Counted from the stretch's first letter, positions 40,661 through 56,090 are shown. The stretch: 64,000 nt of DNA from Octopus vulgaris (GCA_951406725.2 OX597826.1:80414001-80478000); one strand, 5' to 3'. Notes: generated by a model not told the origin, from the letters alone. Program-made: numbers and translations.

Positions 40661-41400
40661 GCAGGTAGATAGAAGCAACGTCTGTCGTTTATGGCAGTAC
40701 ATATTTTAACCGTTTATCATATAGGAATATGGCGGAAATACATCTGCCCCACCACCTCTCTCACATTTGGTCTGTAACGAACAATAAAACAGCCTCAGAT
40801 TCAGTGTACCGATGCAAAAGAAAGATTTTAGTTCGATAACAATTCGTGAAATGTATTTTCTTCTTGTTGTATTCCAACTCAATGATGTGCACCTTCTACG
40901 AGATTTCGCATCTTCTCTCAGATGAGCAGACATATTTGTGTATAGGTAAGTTTGTTTGTTTTTTTATTCTTTTGTTTTTCTTTTTTACAATACAATATAT
41001 ATCAGGAAAAGACTATATAGGAAATGTCAAACGATTAAACATACAAACAAAATACAGAGACAAACGCAGACGACAACCATCAGCCCACACACGCGCGATA
41101 CGAAGCCATGTGTATGTATGCCTGTCTATATATAAGTATGTATGTATACATATATATACATATATACATACATGTGTGTGTGGATGGATGGATGGATGGA
41201 TGGATGGATATCAACTCAACATGTAGCATTCAGACACGTTTTGTTTTCTCCATTTCTTTCTCTCTCCATCTGCTTTATTTGCTCTTTTCTTTCTGCTTCT
41301 GTAGATCACAGGTTCGAAACCTATTTTTAAAAACCGCTCAAGCTCAATTCGCAGGTTTTGCAACGGATAATTTCTCAGTGTATTTGACAAATATTCTGAG

Positions 41401-41719
41401 TTAGAAAATTACTATTTGTAAATCTCACAACGAGAGATATTCAGCAATAGTGCTTTGGAGTAAAGATTGTTTGCCAACATAACATGGCAGTCCTGGTTTA
41501 GGATGAATGTTGCTGTAATTTAGCCCCAGGAGACATCGTCTCCAGCTGGTTATATGACACAATCTGTATCCTTATATTTTTCAAAGAAGGGCATCTAGCA
41601 CATCCATTCAGATCGTGTCGTATAGCTAGCTGGAGACGATGTCTCCTGGGGCTAAATTACAGCAACATTCGTCCTAAACCAGGACTGCCATGTTATATTG
41701 GCAAACAATCTTTACTCCG
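41401..41719. mobile_element. Fold-back insertion (110-bp inverted arms) between 11-bp direct repeats
   Basis: Arms 41457-41566 and 41609-41718; aatattctgag at 41390-41400 and 41720-41730. Confidence 0.75.
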
Positions 41720-42716
41720 AATATTCTGAGATTTAAATTTTACATACGAAATTGTGGAGCACTTTATTTTAGAAAAACCTTAGCCCAGTGACTGTTTTAA
41801 CTGGAAACCCAACGACATTCCGCATTTGTTCACAATGTCTTGTGTTTTACTTTACATTAGCCACGAGTCTATAAAAGCGTAGATTGTGAAGCACATGTAC
41901 ATCTATTATCTTTCTTAAGTAAGGAATAACAAACAGAACGGAAATGTCAGCAGACGATACTTTATACTAAACAAACGGTTCGGAGAGAATGGCGGTGAAG
42001 CTTTCTTTCGACTCCCTATCAGTTCGTTTCTTTTTTCTCTCTCGGTCTGTTAAGTTTTCCTCTTTTATTATTTTTTTTTTTCGCAAAAGAATGTCGCTGG
42101 TTGTATTCTTCTCTTTGTTTTTTGTATTATTTTAACCTATTTTCATTGCAACTGATGCGTTTCTTTCAAGCATCCAAGTTTCTATTTAACAACGGAAATA
42201 CCATTGTCGTCTGCGACATCAAACATTTCCTTTGTCGTGCTGCAGCCTCTTAGCATTTTTTTTCTTAATTCTTTCTTTATTTATCTTTTATTTGTTTATT
42301 TATTTTAAAGAGTCTGCAATTTTTTTGTGTTGTTATTGCCGTAATTTTACTGTTTTTTTTTCTTGTCGTTGCTGTCACATCGATTGTTTAACCCCAAATC
42401 AACCCTTCTCATGCAGGTCTACGATCAAAGACATTCCACCCATGACCATTCCATATTTTTTGGCGCCTTCTAGCATCACATTCTCCATGTATTTTTTTAT
42501 CTTCTTAAGTTGCTGGAGTATAATTTGAGAAATTTGATTGCTACTTTCAGCAGATCAGGTGACCACATAATGGTTCTATCCTTGGTTCGTTATGTTGGTG
42601 GTGGTGGTGGAGACTGTGGTAGTAGTAGTGGTGGTGGTGGTGGTAGTGGTGGTAGTGACAGCGGCGGTGGCGGTGGCGGTGTTTGATCTTATGTCTTCGA
42701 GTTGAGTTGATTTTCT

Positions 42717-43058
42717 TTATTACCTCTGCCTTTGCTTCAGCCGTGTTTGTCCGTGGACAAGATATCTCAAGAACTGCCGGATGGATTCGGATGAAACTTT
42801 CAGGGATGTTTGGCCTTGTGACTGGCACAAACTGATTAGATTTTGGGATCGATCCTGTACCAGACAAGGATTCTGGATTATTTTTCCTGTCTTTTTTTAC
42901 TTAATTTTTGAGAGCGGTCGGGTTCATTTTTAGTATCTTCGTTTGTGAGAGCAGTCAAGTTTATTTCAGATATTCTCATTTTAAAAATCCTCTTTGGCTA
43001 ATCGTTGAGAGGACGTTGGTGTTACCTTGGCGGAGGTTTGCGCTCTCTGAGAGCTCAT
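42717..43058 (+). mobile_element. Helentron-associated (DINE-1/HINE-like) non-autonomous element
   Basis: Subterminal inverted repeat acctctgcc / ggcggaggt, 3' hairpin gcgctctctgagagct, internal ggattcggatgaaacttt. Confidence 0.65.
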
Positions 43059-43654
43059 TTTTTCTTTTGATTTCTCTTCATTTCATTTTTGACATAATAT
43101 ATAAATAATAAAGAAGATCCTTGTTTATCGTCTGGGGGGAAAAAAGCTACCAATCACTTTATCAACAATCTGTTCTTTATCAGTTCTTTAGATCGATTTT
43201 TTTTTTATCTCGTAAAACGTCTGATGAATCACCTGAGCTAAGTCGGCAGGTTGGCCCCTAATCGACTAAGAGTACTTAATAATGGCCCTTTAAAGTTCTG
43301 TAATGGTCGTAGTTGCGAAGAATAGGCGATGTCTTGGCTGAAGTGTGTCGGTTGAAGCGCGATGCTGACAAATGCTCCTGATGACGTGTGTGTGTGTGTA
43401 GAAGTATTAGTGATACGGAGTGTTGGTGATTATGGTGGTGGGTGAGGTTGCGGTGGCTGCGGTGTCAGCGGTGGTGGTTCGTGATGGTCGTCGTCGTCGT
43501 TATGGTGGTTGTCGTGTGTGCAAAACAACAGTATTGGTGGTTTTCGGTGGATGCGGAGGTGGTGGAGGCGGTGGAGGTGAAGGTGGTAGAGGTGGTGGTG
43601 GAGGTGATAGTGCTGTCAATGTCTGGTGAGTAAAACTTAAGCTTATGAAATAAC

Positions 43655-43702
<48 letters not shown>

Positions 43703-43822
43703 ACCCCAGACGCTGGACAACTTGATGTCTGTGTGGGAATTAAGAAGTGTGGACAGTTCCATCTGAAGTGATGGCGAATGAGATCGATGTGGAAAGCGAC
43801 AAAGCATCGTCGTTGCTGGTGT

Positions 43823-43856
<34 letters not shown>

Positions 43857-44322
43857 GGTGGTGGTGGTGGTGGTGGTGATGGTGATGATGATGATGATGA
43901 TGATGGTGGTGGTGATGGTGATGATGGTGGTGATGATGGTGATGATGATAGTGAGAAGAACGAGGAGTAGAGAGGAAAGAAGAATGGGAAAGAGAAAAAA
44001 ATGCTGTTGTTGTTGTTGTTGTTGTGGTGGTGGTGGTGGTGGTGGTGGTGGTGGCGGCGGCGGCGTCGGTGTAATGTCAATGACATTGGTAACATTGACG
44101 ACAGTGATGATGATGCGAGTGCTGACGACGGTGGAGGTGGCGGAGGCAACGATTGTAACCAATAACGATTGGGGAATTGGAGGATACAATGGCGGCGGCG
44201 GTGGTGGTGGTGGTGGTGGTGGTAGGGGGGTTGCTGACGTTTTGGAGGGAGAGAAATGATGGAGATGGAGATGGAGGTGATGACGGTGACTGGAGGTGCG
44301 ACGCCTTTTCACCAAACGGAGA

Positions 44323-44386
<64 letters not shown>

Positions 44387-44924
44387 TGGAAAGAGAGAGA
44401 GAGAGAGTGACCAAAAGACAGACAGACGGAAAATCAGACAGACAGACACACATAATTACCGACATACAGACAATGAAACAATTAAACAGGAAGAGGGAGA
44501 AAGACAAAGATAAAGACAAAGAGAAAGAGAGAGAGTGGTAGAGTTAAACAGAGACCTGAAGAGAGAAAGTGAGAGCGAGAAAGACTGAGAGAAAGAGAGA
44601 GTCAGAGAGTCAGAGAGAGAGGGAATCAGAGAGAGAGAGTCAGAGAGAGAGAGTGTCAGAGAGAGAGAGTCAGAGAGAGAGAGAGAGAGTCAGAGAGAGA
44701 GAGAGAGTCAGAGAGAGAGAGAGAGTCAAAGAGAGAGAGAGAGCCAGAGAGGGAGAGAGATCAGAAAGGGAGAGAGATCAGAGAGGGAGAGAGAGAGTCA
44801 AAGTGAGAGAGAGAGACTGATAGAAATAGACAAACATTCACGACAGACACTTGAAAAACATTCAAAATCTGTTGTTTTTTCTTTTTTCATAACTTTCTCA
44901 TTTTTTATTATGTCTCGTCTTCCC

Positions 44925-45175
44925 GGGTGGCAAACTGGTTGAATCGTCAGAGCGTCGGAAAATCTATCCTGCGGTACATCTTCAAGCTCTACATTTCAAA
45001 TGCAGTCAAGGTCAGTTTTATCTCTTATCCTCGTGGTTTCCAAGCGGGGGCTACATGACTTCACTTTCCATCCTGTTGGGATCGATTAAATTAAAGTACC
45101 GATCATGTACTGGGATCGAAGTAATCGACTGATTCTCTCCCCTTCAATTGCTACACTTGATCCAAGATTAGAAAC
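44925..45175 (+). mobile_element. SINE family B decayed copy
   Basis: Similar to 15274-15458. Confidence 0.65.
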
Positions 45176-45224
45176 CGGGATATCAACCACCACCACCATC
45201 TTGCATGATTGCTATACAAAGACG

Positions 45225-45692
45225 CAGGCATCGTCGCGTGGTAAGAAACTTGCTCTTCCCAACCACATGGTTCCGGGTTCGGTCCCAGTGCGTGGCACCT
45301 GGGGCCAGTCTGTTATTGAAGCAGCGCTCGATGTGCACAAGGTCTTGGTTTCGGGTTCAGTCTTACTGAACTGCATCTTGGGCAAGTGTCTTCTACTTAT
45401 AGCCCCGGGCCGACGAATGCCTTGTGGTAGACGGAAACTCTGTGTAAGCCGGTGGTATATATGTGTGTGTGTGGGGGGGAGGTCTGTCCCCGCCCACGAC
45501 TCCTTGACAATCAGTGGCGGTGTGTTTATGGCCCTGTAACTTAACAGTTCAGCAAAAGAGACACGATAGAATGAGTACCAGGCTCTAAAAGAAGCAATAA
45601 TGTTCTGGGGGTGGATGCGTTCGACTAAAATTCTTCAAGGTGTTGCCCCAGCATGGCCGCAGTCTAATGACTGAAACAAGTGGCAGATAAAA
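45225..45692 (+). mobile_element. SINE family A copy with partly duplicated head
   Basis: Similar to 30822-31200. Confidence 0.8.
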
Positions 45693-46369
45693 GGTAATGA
45701 CAGTTTCATTAATTACAGATGTTAATCAGTAGAAGATGATGGAATAAAGACATTTGCAGAGCTGAGACACGAATCTCGTTTCGAAGAATCGCCAGTAAAG
45801 GATTAACGCCAATGTTGGAACGTTCCGATGTTTCCTCTCCAAATGATACAACCATTAATCACACTTGGAAAGGATTTCGGTTTTCTCTTGTTTTTACGTT
45901 TTAAATTGCTTTTACAGACTTTTTCTGCTCATTCATTATCAAATGGTTTGTATAGTATCTTGGAAAATAAAACGATAATCCATCAAAGCCTTATCTTAAG
46001 ACAGCTTTCCATAAGAAACGATTTCATTCCATACTTTGATAGAAATCTTAAAACAAGAAATTGAGGCGGGGACGAGTGTTTGTGGGGGTGGGGATGATTG
46101 AATGTGCGTTGAATGTCTTCGGTGATAAAGATTTCAGACAGAGTGTTAAAGACTTTCAGGACTTCCTGTCCACAACTTTCAACTCCTCCGATCTCACATC
46201 TATTTCTTTTCTCTTCTTTTCGTTCTTTCTTTCTTTATTTATTTTTTCTTTCTTCCTTTCATTCTTTTCTTCTTTCTTTCTTTTCTTTCTTCCTTTCATT
46301 CTTTTCTTCTTTCTTTCTTTTCTGTCTTCCCTTCTTTCTTTTTTCTATTATTCATCTCTTTTACTTATA

Positions 46370-46706
46370 TCATTCATTGGGCAGAGGCCATGCTGGGGCA
46401 CCGTCTCCACGAAATTTTAGTCGAAAGAATCGTTTCCAGTACTTTTGAAAAAAGAAAAAAAAGGACGGTACTTATTCTCTCGGTTTATTTTGCCAGACCG
46501 CTAAGTGATGGGGATGTAAACAAACCGAGACTGGTTGAGGACAAACACACGCACACACACACAACTGGCTTCCAAACAACCAAATTCACAGACAAGGAAC
46601 TGGTCGGCCCGGAGCCAGAGGTATTCGCCTATGGTTCCACACAGTGGGATTGAACCTGGAACCACGTGGTTGCAAGGCCGCTTAACCACGTGACCAAGCC
46701 CACGCC
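46370..46706 (-). mobile_element. SINE family A decayed copy
   Basis: Reverse-complement similarity to 30822-31200. Confidence 0.75.
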
Positions 46707-46911
46707 TATCTCTTATTGTTTATTCTTTTACTTGCTTCAGTCTATGGCCATGCTGGGGCACCGCCTTGGTTGCTGTGGAAAAAGTATGTTATATTTATTG
46801 CCTGTTAGCCTCGGTTTACCTTGATCGAGCTGGCCTATGATAAACGGCGTTCCATCCGTAACCATCTCGCCTTGATGTTTTCTACTCAGACTTAGTATAT
46901 TTATCCAACTG

Positions 46912-47170
46912 TGTGGAGGCGTAGTAGCTCAGTGGTTAGGGCAGCGGACTCGCATTCATAGGATCGCGGTTTCGATTCCCAGACCGGGCATTGTGAGTGT
47001 TTATTGAGCGAAAACACTTAAAGTTCCACGAAGCTCTGACAGGAGGTGGTAGCGAACCCAGTTTTACTCTTTCACCACAACTTTCTCTCACTCTTTCTTC
47101 CTGTTTCTGTTGTACCTGTATTTCAAAGGAGCCAGCCTTGTTACACTCTGTGACACGCTGAATCTCCGAC
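46912..47170 (+). mobile_element. SINE family C, 3'-truncated
   Basis: Matches 11289-11545. Confidence 0.88.
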
Positions 47171-47290
47171 TTCCTCTATTCACCGTTATAAGCCGCAACG
47201 TTACCACCAACTCTTCCTCCACCACCACCGCTACCATAATTACCTACTGTTTCGTTTCATCCTTATTCTATTTGAATTACTTCCCTTACA

Positions 47291-47910
<620 letters not shown>

Positions 47911-48062
47911 CTAAAGAAAATTATACAAACAATTAAATAGATACCTTTCTTCTGTAGTAATTCAACATTAAATCATTTTTCCGCTTCAATCACACTCGGT
48001 AAATGCAATTTCTACGAACTTCAAAATAACATGTCTTGACGAGGCAACAACAACAACAACAG

Positions 48063-48130
<68 letters not shown>

Positions 48131-48448
48131 GTAATAATGATAATAATGATAATAATAATTTTTGTCACAAGACCTGTAATTTTGATTGGGCGTGAAAGTC
48201 TATTACATCGGCCCTAGTACTTAACAGGTGCTTATTTTATCAAGCCCCAAATGTCTGAAGAAGAAGAAGAAGAAGAAGAAGAAGAAGAAGAAGAAGAAGA
48301 AGAAGAAGAAGAAGAAGAAGAAGAAGAAGAAGAAGAAGAAGAAGAAGAAGAAGAAGAAGAAGAAGAAGAAGAAGAAGAAGAAGAATTATAGGCTTCGTAT
48401 ACTCCACTATCACTTCGATGGTGTGGGCTTCTCTTTTATTCAATAATA

Positions 48449-48495
<47 letters not shown>

Positions 48496-48619
48496 AATTA
48501 TAATAATAATGATGATGATGATGATTATAATGATAATAATAATGATGATGATGATGATGATGATGATGATAATAATAATAACAACAACAACAACAACAAC
48601 AATAATAATAATAATAAGC

Positions 48620-49343
<724 letters not shown>

Positions 49344-49519
49344 CAACAGCAATATCAACAACAACAACAATAACAATAATAATAATAATAATAATGTACT
49401 AGTACAACACTAAGTACAAAACCAAATATATGGCACCCTCGGCATAACACCAACATGAACTTCCAACTTGTTGTCTATTGAGGTCTCTGGGTGAGACTTG
49501 GAACCAGCAAAAGTCAAAC

Positions 49520-49577
<58 letters not shown>

Positions 49578-49609
49578 TAATAATAATAATGATAATATTA
49601 ATAATAAAT

Positions 49610-50048
49610 GTCCTGATGCAGTACCAGGCAGTGGCTCTCATGGCTTCTGAATTTAACTGATTGGAAGTGTTATCATGTACATTGTTTTGTCTTGGACTAA
49701 AAGATGAGCTACAGCAAATATTCTGCTCAATATCGCAGATTTGCTTGTCAATTGTTTGACCTTAATCAGTTGAGCATGTCCCTTAATGGCTGATAATATG
49801 TATATCTCTGATCACGAGTAGAAGTAGTGGGGGAGCATCATAGCCATGTGTTGAGAGGGATTCTTTGGGGTTTGAATAATTCACTTCTGGAAACATGGAT
49901 ATTTGATTCACCATCCTTAAACAACTCTTATTCGGGGACCTTTTGAGCGGGATGAGCTACACAACCTGAAGGAAATTCTAACTGCAAGATCATGCTCTGC
50001 AAGATCATGCACTGTTTATCTCGATTTGAGGACCCCGTGTCGCCCACA
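49610..50048 (+). mobile_element. Family F repeat, 3'-truncated
   Basis: Matches 12806-13220; preceded by (AAT)n. Confidence 0.88.
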
Positions 50049-50618
50049 CGGGGATCTCATAGTGTTACGTTCCTGTAACTTAAAAGTTAAGCAAAAGGAC
50101 GGATAGAATAAATACCAGGTTTGAAAAGTATAAGTCCTTTTATCAGATTGTCCAACAAAAATACCCTCAAGGCAGTACTCCCAGTATTAACGCAGACCAA
50201 TGGCTGAAACAAGTAAGAAATAAAAGATTTAGATAGTGATAGCTATTATCACAAATATCGTAACAGTATTTAAGTATTTAACACGGGGTGATTGTCTCCC
50301 CTTCGTAAACATAAGGACACAGGAAATGTGTCAAAGCCGACAGGAAGTGTCGATGCTTCCTAGGGCTAAATAGCGGTGGTGTGATTCCCTTTACGGGACT
50401 GTCACGTTAAGTTGACAGTATACAACCGCTCTATCGTTCCACCACCGCTCACATCTCTCTGAGATATTTAGAAATTTAATATTTCTAACCTTGTAATTTG
50501 TTTTACATTAAAAACGTTTGCCCGCACTTTACCAAGTTTTCATGTCGCAGGTGTCCGAGATAATTTTCCCAATAATCCATTAGAATGAAATTCGCTACAA
50601 CAAGATTGATAAAACCTC

Positions 50619-50853
50619 TACGGGCCTCAACCGGGGTCCATACAGTCCTTGGGGGTCCATATAAGATTTAGTTGTTGAAATGTACGTACAATAACACAAA
50701 ATACTTTATTTCTTTTTTATCCAATTTTTAACGATATTTAGTTATAAGAAAACAAGGGTTTTGTTTTAAAAACATTGAACAGCTACAAGGGTACCTTTGA
50801 GTAAAATAGGAATGTAAGGGGTCCATTGGTGAAAAAAGGGTTGAGAACCAATG
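50619..50853. mobile_element. hAT-like MITE remnant
   Basis: ...ctcaaccggggtcc at left and ggttgagaaccaatg at right resemble CAGGGGTTCTCAACC-type TIRs. Confidence 0.5.
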
Positions 50854-51309
50854 ACCTATATGGTCATTTGACCTATTACAAGTAGCAACCAAATTTCCTT
50901 TGAATTACACTCTGCTGTTTAAGAAAGAAAGGAGAGGTTGAACAGAGATAACATCGGATACTCTGTATCTTAAAAAAAATGAAAAACAGACGGGTTAGTC
51001 ACTACTGGAACGCCTGTGTTCCTTTGTCGATTAATGTTAATCTCGGGGTTTAAAGTACTACAACTCTCACTAACAACTACTTATAGCACCACTAACAGTA
51101 CTACTACTACTACTATTACTACTACTCCGAATGAAAGATCACTTTAGCCCAGCACTCTAATACAAAAATCGATGAATACAATTAAAGAGAAATGACAAAA
51201 GCTTGGCTCAAATCCGACATTGAAACAGTTTCTCCGGCGAAACTGATAACATAAATAACATAAATCACTGTTATGTCGTAATCTATTTACAAAGAGTTAG
51301 ATGGAGGGG

Positions 51310-51375
<66 letters not shown>

Positions 51376-51478
51376 CAGTCGGTCAGAAAGAGAGGCAAAT
51401 GCAAATACCGTTGAGCAAATGTGGATATTACAAAAATAGTTCTTGAAATCACCGTTAACCAAACAATAGGACTGTGTA

Positions 51479-51528
<50 letters not shown>

Positions 51529-51625
51529 TGATGATGATGATGATGATGATCACGATGATTTCTTTTATTTGCCATCTGGGCGAAGGATGAGGGGAGATAA
51601 TATCAATCATAAAATTATAGTCAGT

Positions 51626-52058
51626 CGCAGATTTGCTTGTCAGTTGTTTGACCTTAACCAGTTGAGCATGTCCCTTGGTGGCGGACGATATGTGCATCTC
51701 TGATCACGAGCAGAAGTAGTGGGGGGAGCATCATAGCCATGTGTTGAGAGGGATTATTTGGGGTTTGAATAATTCACCTTTGGAAACATGGGTGTTTTGC
51801 TCATCATCCTTAAAACAAACCATATTCTGAGACTGCTTGAGCGGGATGGGTTACTCGATCTGATGAAGATTCAAACTGGGTCCCACCCGCAAGGTCATGT
51901 GCCGTTTATCTTGATATAAGATCACCATGTCGCGCACATGTGTTTGTGAGGCATGTTCCTAGTGTGCCCTTATCAGACGGGTAGTCATGATGGGTACACT
52001 GGGCTTCGTATATTTGTATTGCAGTGTCACATTGATGACATGCACTGCTCTCTTATTC
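51626..52058 (+). mobile_element. Family F repeat, 5'-truncated
   Basis: Matches 12910-13339; (AAT)n tail. Confidence 0.88.
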
Positions 52059-52130
<72 letters not shown>

Positions 52131-52139
52131 CCTTTGTAC

Positions 52140-52348
52140 TGGAAGCACAAGCCCTCAGATTTGTGGGGAGGGGACTTGTCAACTACATCGACCCCAGTGT
52201 TTGACTGGTACTTAATCTATCGACCTCGAAAGGATGAAAGGCAAAGTCAACTTCGGCGGAATTTGAACTAAGTACGCAGCGACGAGCGAAATACCGCTAA
52301 GCATTTAGCCCAGCTCTGCTAGCTAACGATTCTGCCAGCTCGCAGCCT
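52140..52348 (-). mobile_element. SINE family B copy
   Basis: Reverse complement of 15274-15458. Confidence 0.8.
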
Positions 52349-52404
52349 TAAAACAACAACAAAAACAATAATAATAAATAATAACAACGACAACAATATT
52401 AATT

Positions 52405-55400
52405 CTTTCTTTATTGGCCAGAAGGGTCGCTAAAACATTTAGTACAGTACAAAGAGAAGGCAAAGGACAATGGGAATTTGCAGAAAAAAACGTGTAAATA
52501 TATGAAACAATAACAAAACTTTTAACAAGCAAGTTCCCCAATAGGGGACAAATATCCCCTAGCAGCAACCAAGGAACCTCATAGATCCCGATTCACCATA
52601 TTTACAGGAGTATCATGGCAAGCGCTCCTCTTTCCTCTTGTGCTCTTTCAGCCTTCGGATGCCACCTCAGCGTAGGCCCACTCACTTAGGCCATTCGCGC
52701 CACATTCATCCACCTTTTAAGAAATTTACAGGGGCGGTTGAGGAACAGCACATCCCTCTCAACCCTCACTTTTTTTTTCTTCAAATAAAGTTTTAAAACA
52801 GTGGATGGGATCTCGGCCGAAGAGGAAAGTGTCTGTCTCCAGTCCTGTTTAGTCTCGTTCCCCAAACAACCGCCCGACAGAGGAAAACTTCCTGCTCTTC
52901 CCAACTAAAAGCATGCAACGAGGCGGTCTTTACAAAAGAGTCGGCTGATAGCAGGATCCATCCAATGACAGCAGCTATTCATCATAATTCCACTGTCAGC
53001 AATGATCGAGTCCTAAATAAACGCGTGCAGGTCGGTTTCGTCGTTCTGCGCGCATCACAGCAATGCAAAGAGGAAATGCTCCTACACACGGCAACATCTC
53101 GAAGCTAGGGATTGCTGGAAATTATCCATGGACATCAGCTCGAAAGTCTCATTGAAAACGACCAACCAATTGATTTTCATCGACTCGCAGCGTTTCTTCG
53201 GGGACATTGTCACTCTTACCCACCACAGAATCCTGTACAGAACGCCATGGTGGAAGACACTGACCGCGTTCCCGGACTGGCAGAGAGAGCTGTGAGCGCC
53301 TGACGGTACTCAAACTGCCAGAACACTCAAAAATTCGAGCAGCGGAAAAACTCCTCTAACAAACGGCAACCCCATCAGCTCACCGTCAAGAAATTGTTGG
53401 GGATGGCATAGCCACAGAGCATGTCTACGAATCATCAGCCACAAGCCCAGTGGACGCTGACAACAAATGACCAGCAGAACTGAGCCCCTCCACAAAAAGC
53501 AGTAAAGCAAGCGCTCGATTCTGGTCAACTATGAAGCGGGACAAGGTACGAACGGTCAAGTGGTAGCAGATAATGAAAGCAATGCAGGCGTTCTCTACCT
53601 CCGACTGACCCTCCAAGGATAGTTCCCTCTCAAGCTATTTCTGGGTGAGGCTAGCTATCCTCCACATCACCTCATCTTGTCCATCTGGAGATCAGGAGCA
53701 AACCAAACCAAACCAAGAACAATTTAACCGGTGTGTCCGTCCAGCGCCCAACAACTCTGTCGAACGGTTTGGATCTGCTTCTACAGGGGCCGAGCTGCAA
53801 TCCCAACAAGTTCTCACGGTTAATTTGTACTCCTCTTACGGCCTCTTATTCCCTTAGAATAGTGCCGATCACCATGATGTGTTTAGTGTCTAGCACTATT
53901 TCAGGGACCTCATCCGCCACGTATGCAAACACGGATCTTCTGCATCATAGTTCTTGCAGTTCTCTCCCGTCAACTGCCTCTTAACTAGGACCCTAATCCG
54001 GCCTCTGTGAATATGGCGTGCAGGGAAAGACTGAATGGGTGTTCGAGGTTTTTACATACTCCGGTTCGATCAGCTGGTTCTACACAATTAAGACGAGCAT
54101 CCAAAACAGTGTTTGAATGTATTGCACTAAAAAGGCAACGTTCTTAGGGAAAACCTCAAAAGTCCAGCTGCCCAGCTCCAATCAGAAGATACACAGCGAC
54201 TAGTCTAAAAACACCACCTTCACTACCTGTATCTTGAGGGCCAAAGTTTTTCTCAAACATCGCCACTCCGCCCCCGGTCCGAACTAAAGTGCAGCATGTA
54301 TTGGAAATCTTGGCCTTGCTACTGCCTCCAAACTTAGTGACCCGATGTCATTGAGCAGACGACCTCGCCACCAGACTGACCCCAGGCTACGTGCACTTAT
54401 ACATTTAACTCTCAGAGCTGCTATGTTGGTCAAAAGATGAAGCGGAAAGGAAACGAGTAGCTTTCTTATTTAGTCGTCCCCGAAGACCAGGTGACTCGGT
54501 CTCCATGGTGTTTGCGGTGTCTTTTGTGGAGTCTTTTGAGGAGTCATTGTGCTGGCCTTTACGTTTACACTTTCTGCATCGTTAGGAAAATTCTTCCTCG
54601 ATATTTTACGTCTCCAAGAGTCCAGCCTTATTGTTTTCAAATTGTGTGGCACTTTGGAAGTTCTGGGCGTAAAGGTCCCTACATCTGTTTCGATGTTCTT
54701 TTCTGCGATGAAGAACATCAGTTTTATTGTTTTATTTATTTAGTATTTTGTGGGGTGCGGTGGGGGACTTCTTTTTAAGATAAAGTTTGAGGGGGGTGTT
54801 TCGTTGGGGCTGTTGTATTTGCGTGCTTGTCTACTAGTTCTGCCTCCCGAGTAATTCCTTTTTTTTGCTGAGGTTAGTGTTGTTAGTAGAGGAGGAGGAG
54901 GAGTTTTTGTGGGTCTGTATGCGTTTGAGTGTCTGTTGTTTCGGTAATGCTGTTGTGATTACAAAGTATCTTTAATCTTGCATCTGTTTATTAGGGTTTT
55001 ACCTCTTCAGAAGAAGAAACGATTTCCTTGTCGGAAGGATCTGGTGTGGGTGGAGGCAGAGGAGAGAGTCATGGCCTTGCTACTGCCTCCAAACTTAGTG
55101 ACCCGATGTCATTGAGCAGACGACCCCGCCACCTGACTGACCCCAGGCTACGTGCACTTATACATTTAACTCTCAGAGCTATGTGCGTCATTGTCTGTGA
55201 GTTTGAAAGAGGATGAGAGGGAGTGACAGTAAAGGAAAGGGAGTTGGTTTGGATATTTTCCTAGGTGGTGGCCTCCGGGTTTGTTGGATGTGTGTCGCTG
55301 TTGTTGTTACGGCTGTTGTTCTTGTTCACTTTGCTATTACTGCTTCTGCTGTGTGGTCAGTGTTATTGGCAGCAGTGACGGCTTCTTGCTTTTGTTGAGG

Positions 55401-56090
55401 GCAGAAAGCTTTGAAGTGGCTTTCTGCATCACACAAGTGTCATCTCAGCCCTTTATCCCATCTGCAAATCTTATCCTTTGACCAGGGAGATTACGACTGG
55501 GACCTTTCCCACCTCCTCCTCTTTGATCTGGACGAGGATTTCTACTGTGATCCCAGACCAAAACTCTCTTCCTGTTCGCTTCACTTCGAAAAGGATTTCA
55601 TTGCCCTCTGGAGTGACTCATGCTAGCAACCGGGAGATTCCAACTCAGGCGGACTCCTCTCTATTTAACGCGGAAGATCTTTCTCCCTAAATAGGTTGGG
55701 TAGAAGGTGAATTTCCTGTCGCGTATAGGACCTATGGAGTGCATCAACCCGAGTGCTTTGCTCTTGAAGAGGAAATCCACGTTCTCCAATTTTTTTTGTC
55801 CTCATCATATGATCTATGTCCACCCATATTTCTTGCAGAGCTTTCTACCTAGGCTTATGTCGTTGCTTCCAAGAGTCACATTTTATCCGACATACTGTCA
55901 TGTGACCGTCTTTCGGGCAGTTGCTGCCAATTCTTCGGCTGAGGGGGGGGCGATTTGTGCCTTCCTCCCATTCAACTCCACAAGTTTCCCTTCTGTGACC
56001 CGTGCTTTGTCATTTTGGCAAAAGGTCGGCCGTAGTTTGTCATGCCTTCACCAAAATATAGATGGGCGTGTCCTTTAAACTTAATTTTAT
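52405..56090 (-). mobile_element. Heavily decayed Tx1/L1-clade LINE
   Basis: Minus-strand fragments: C-terminal YLKKKKVRVERDVL...KRWMNVARMA*, MIRRHALWLCH..FLDGE, APE-like start LRVKCISARSLG..LLNDI; ORF1-like low-complexity region upstream; AATAAA near 52408. Confidence 0.7.

Noticed and set aside
43221-43260. CTGATGA followed by a hairpin (acctg...caggt)
   Set aside because: No GAAA box or stem III follows, so not a hammerhead
46061-46420. 119-aa ORF with a Phe-rich hydrophobic tail
   Set aside because: Tail is a degenerate (TTTC)n tract running into a SINE; no splice signals or homology recognised
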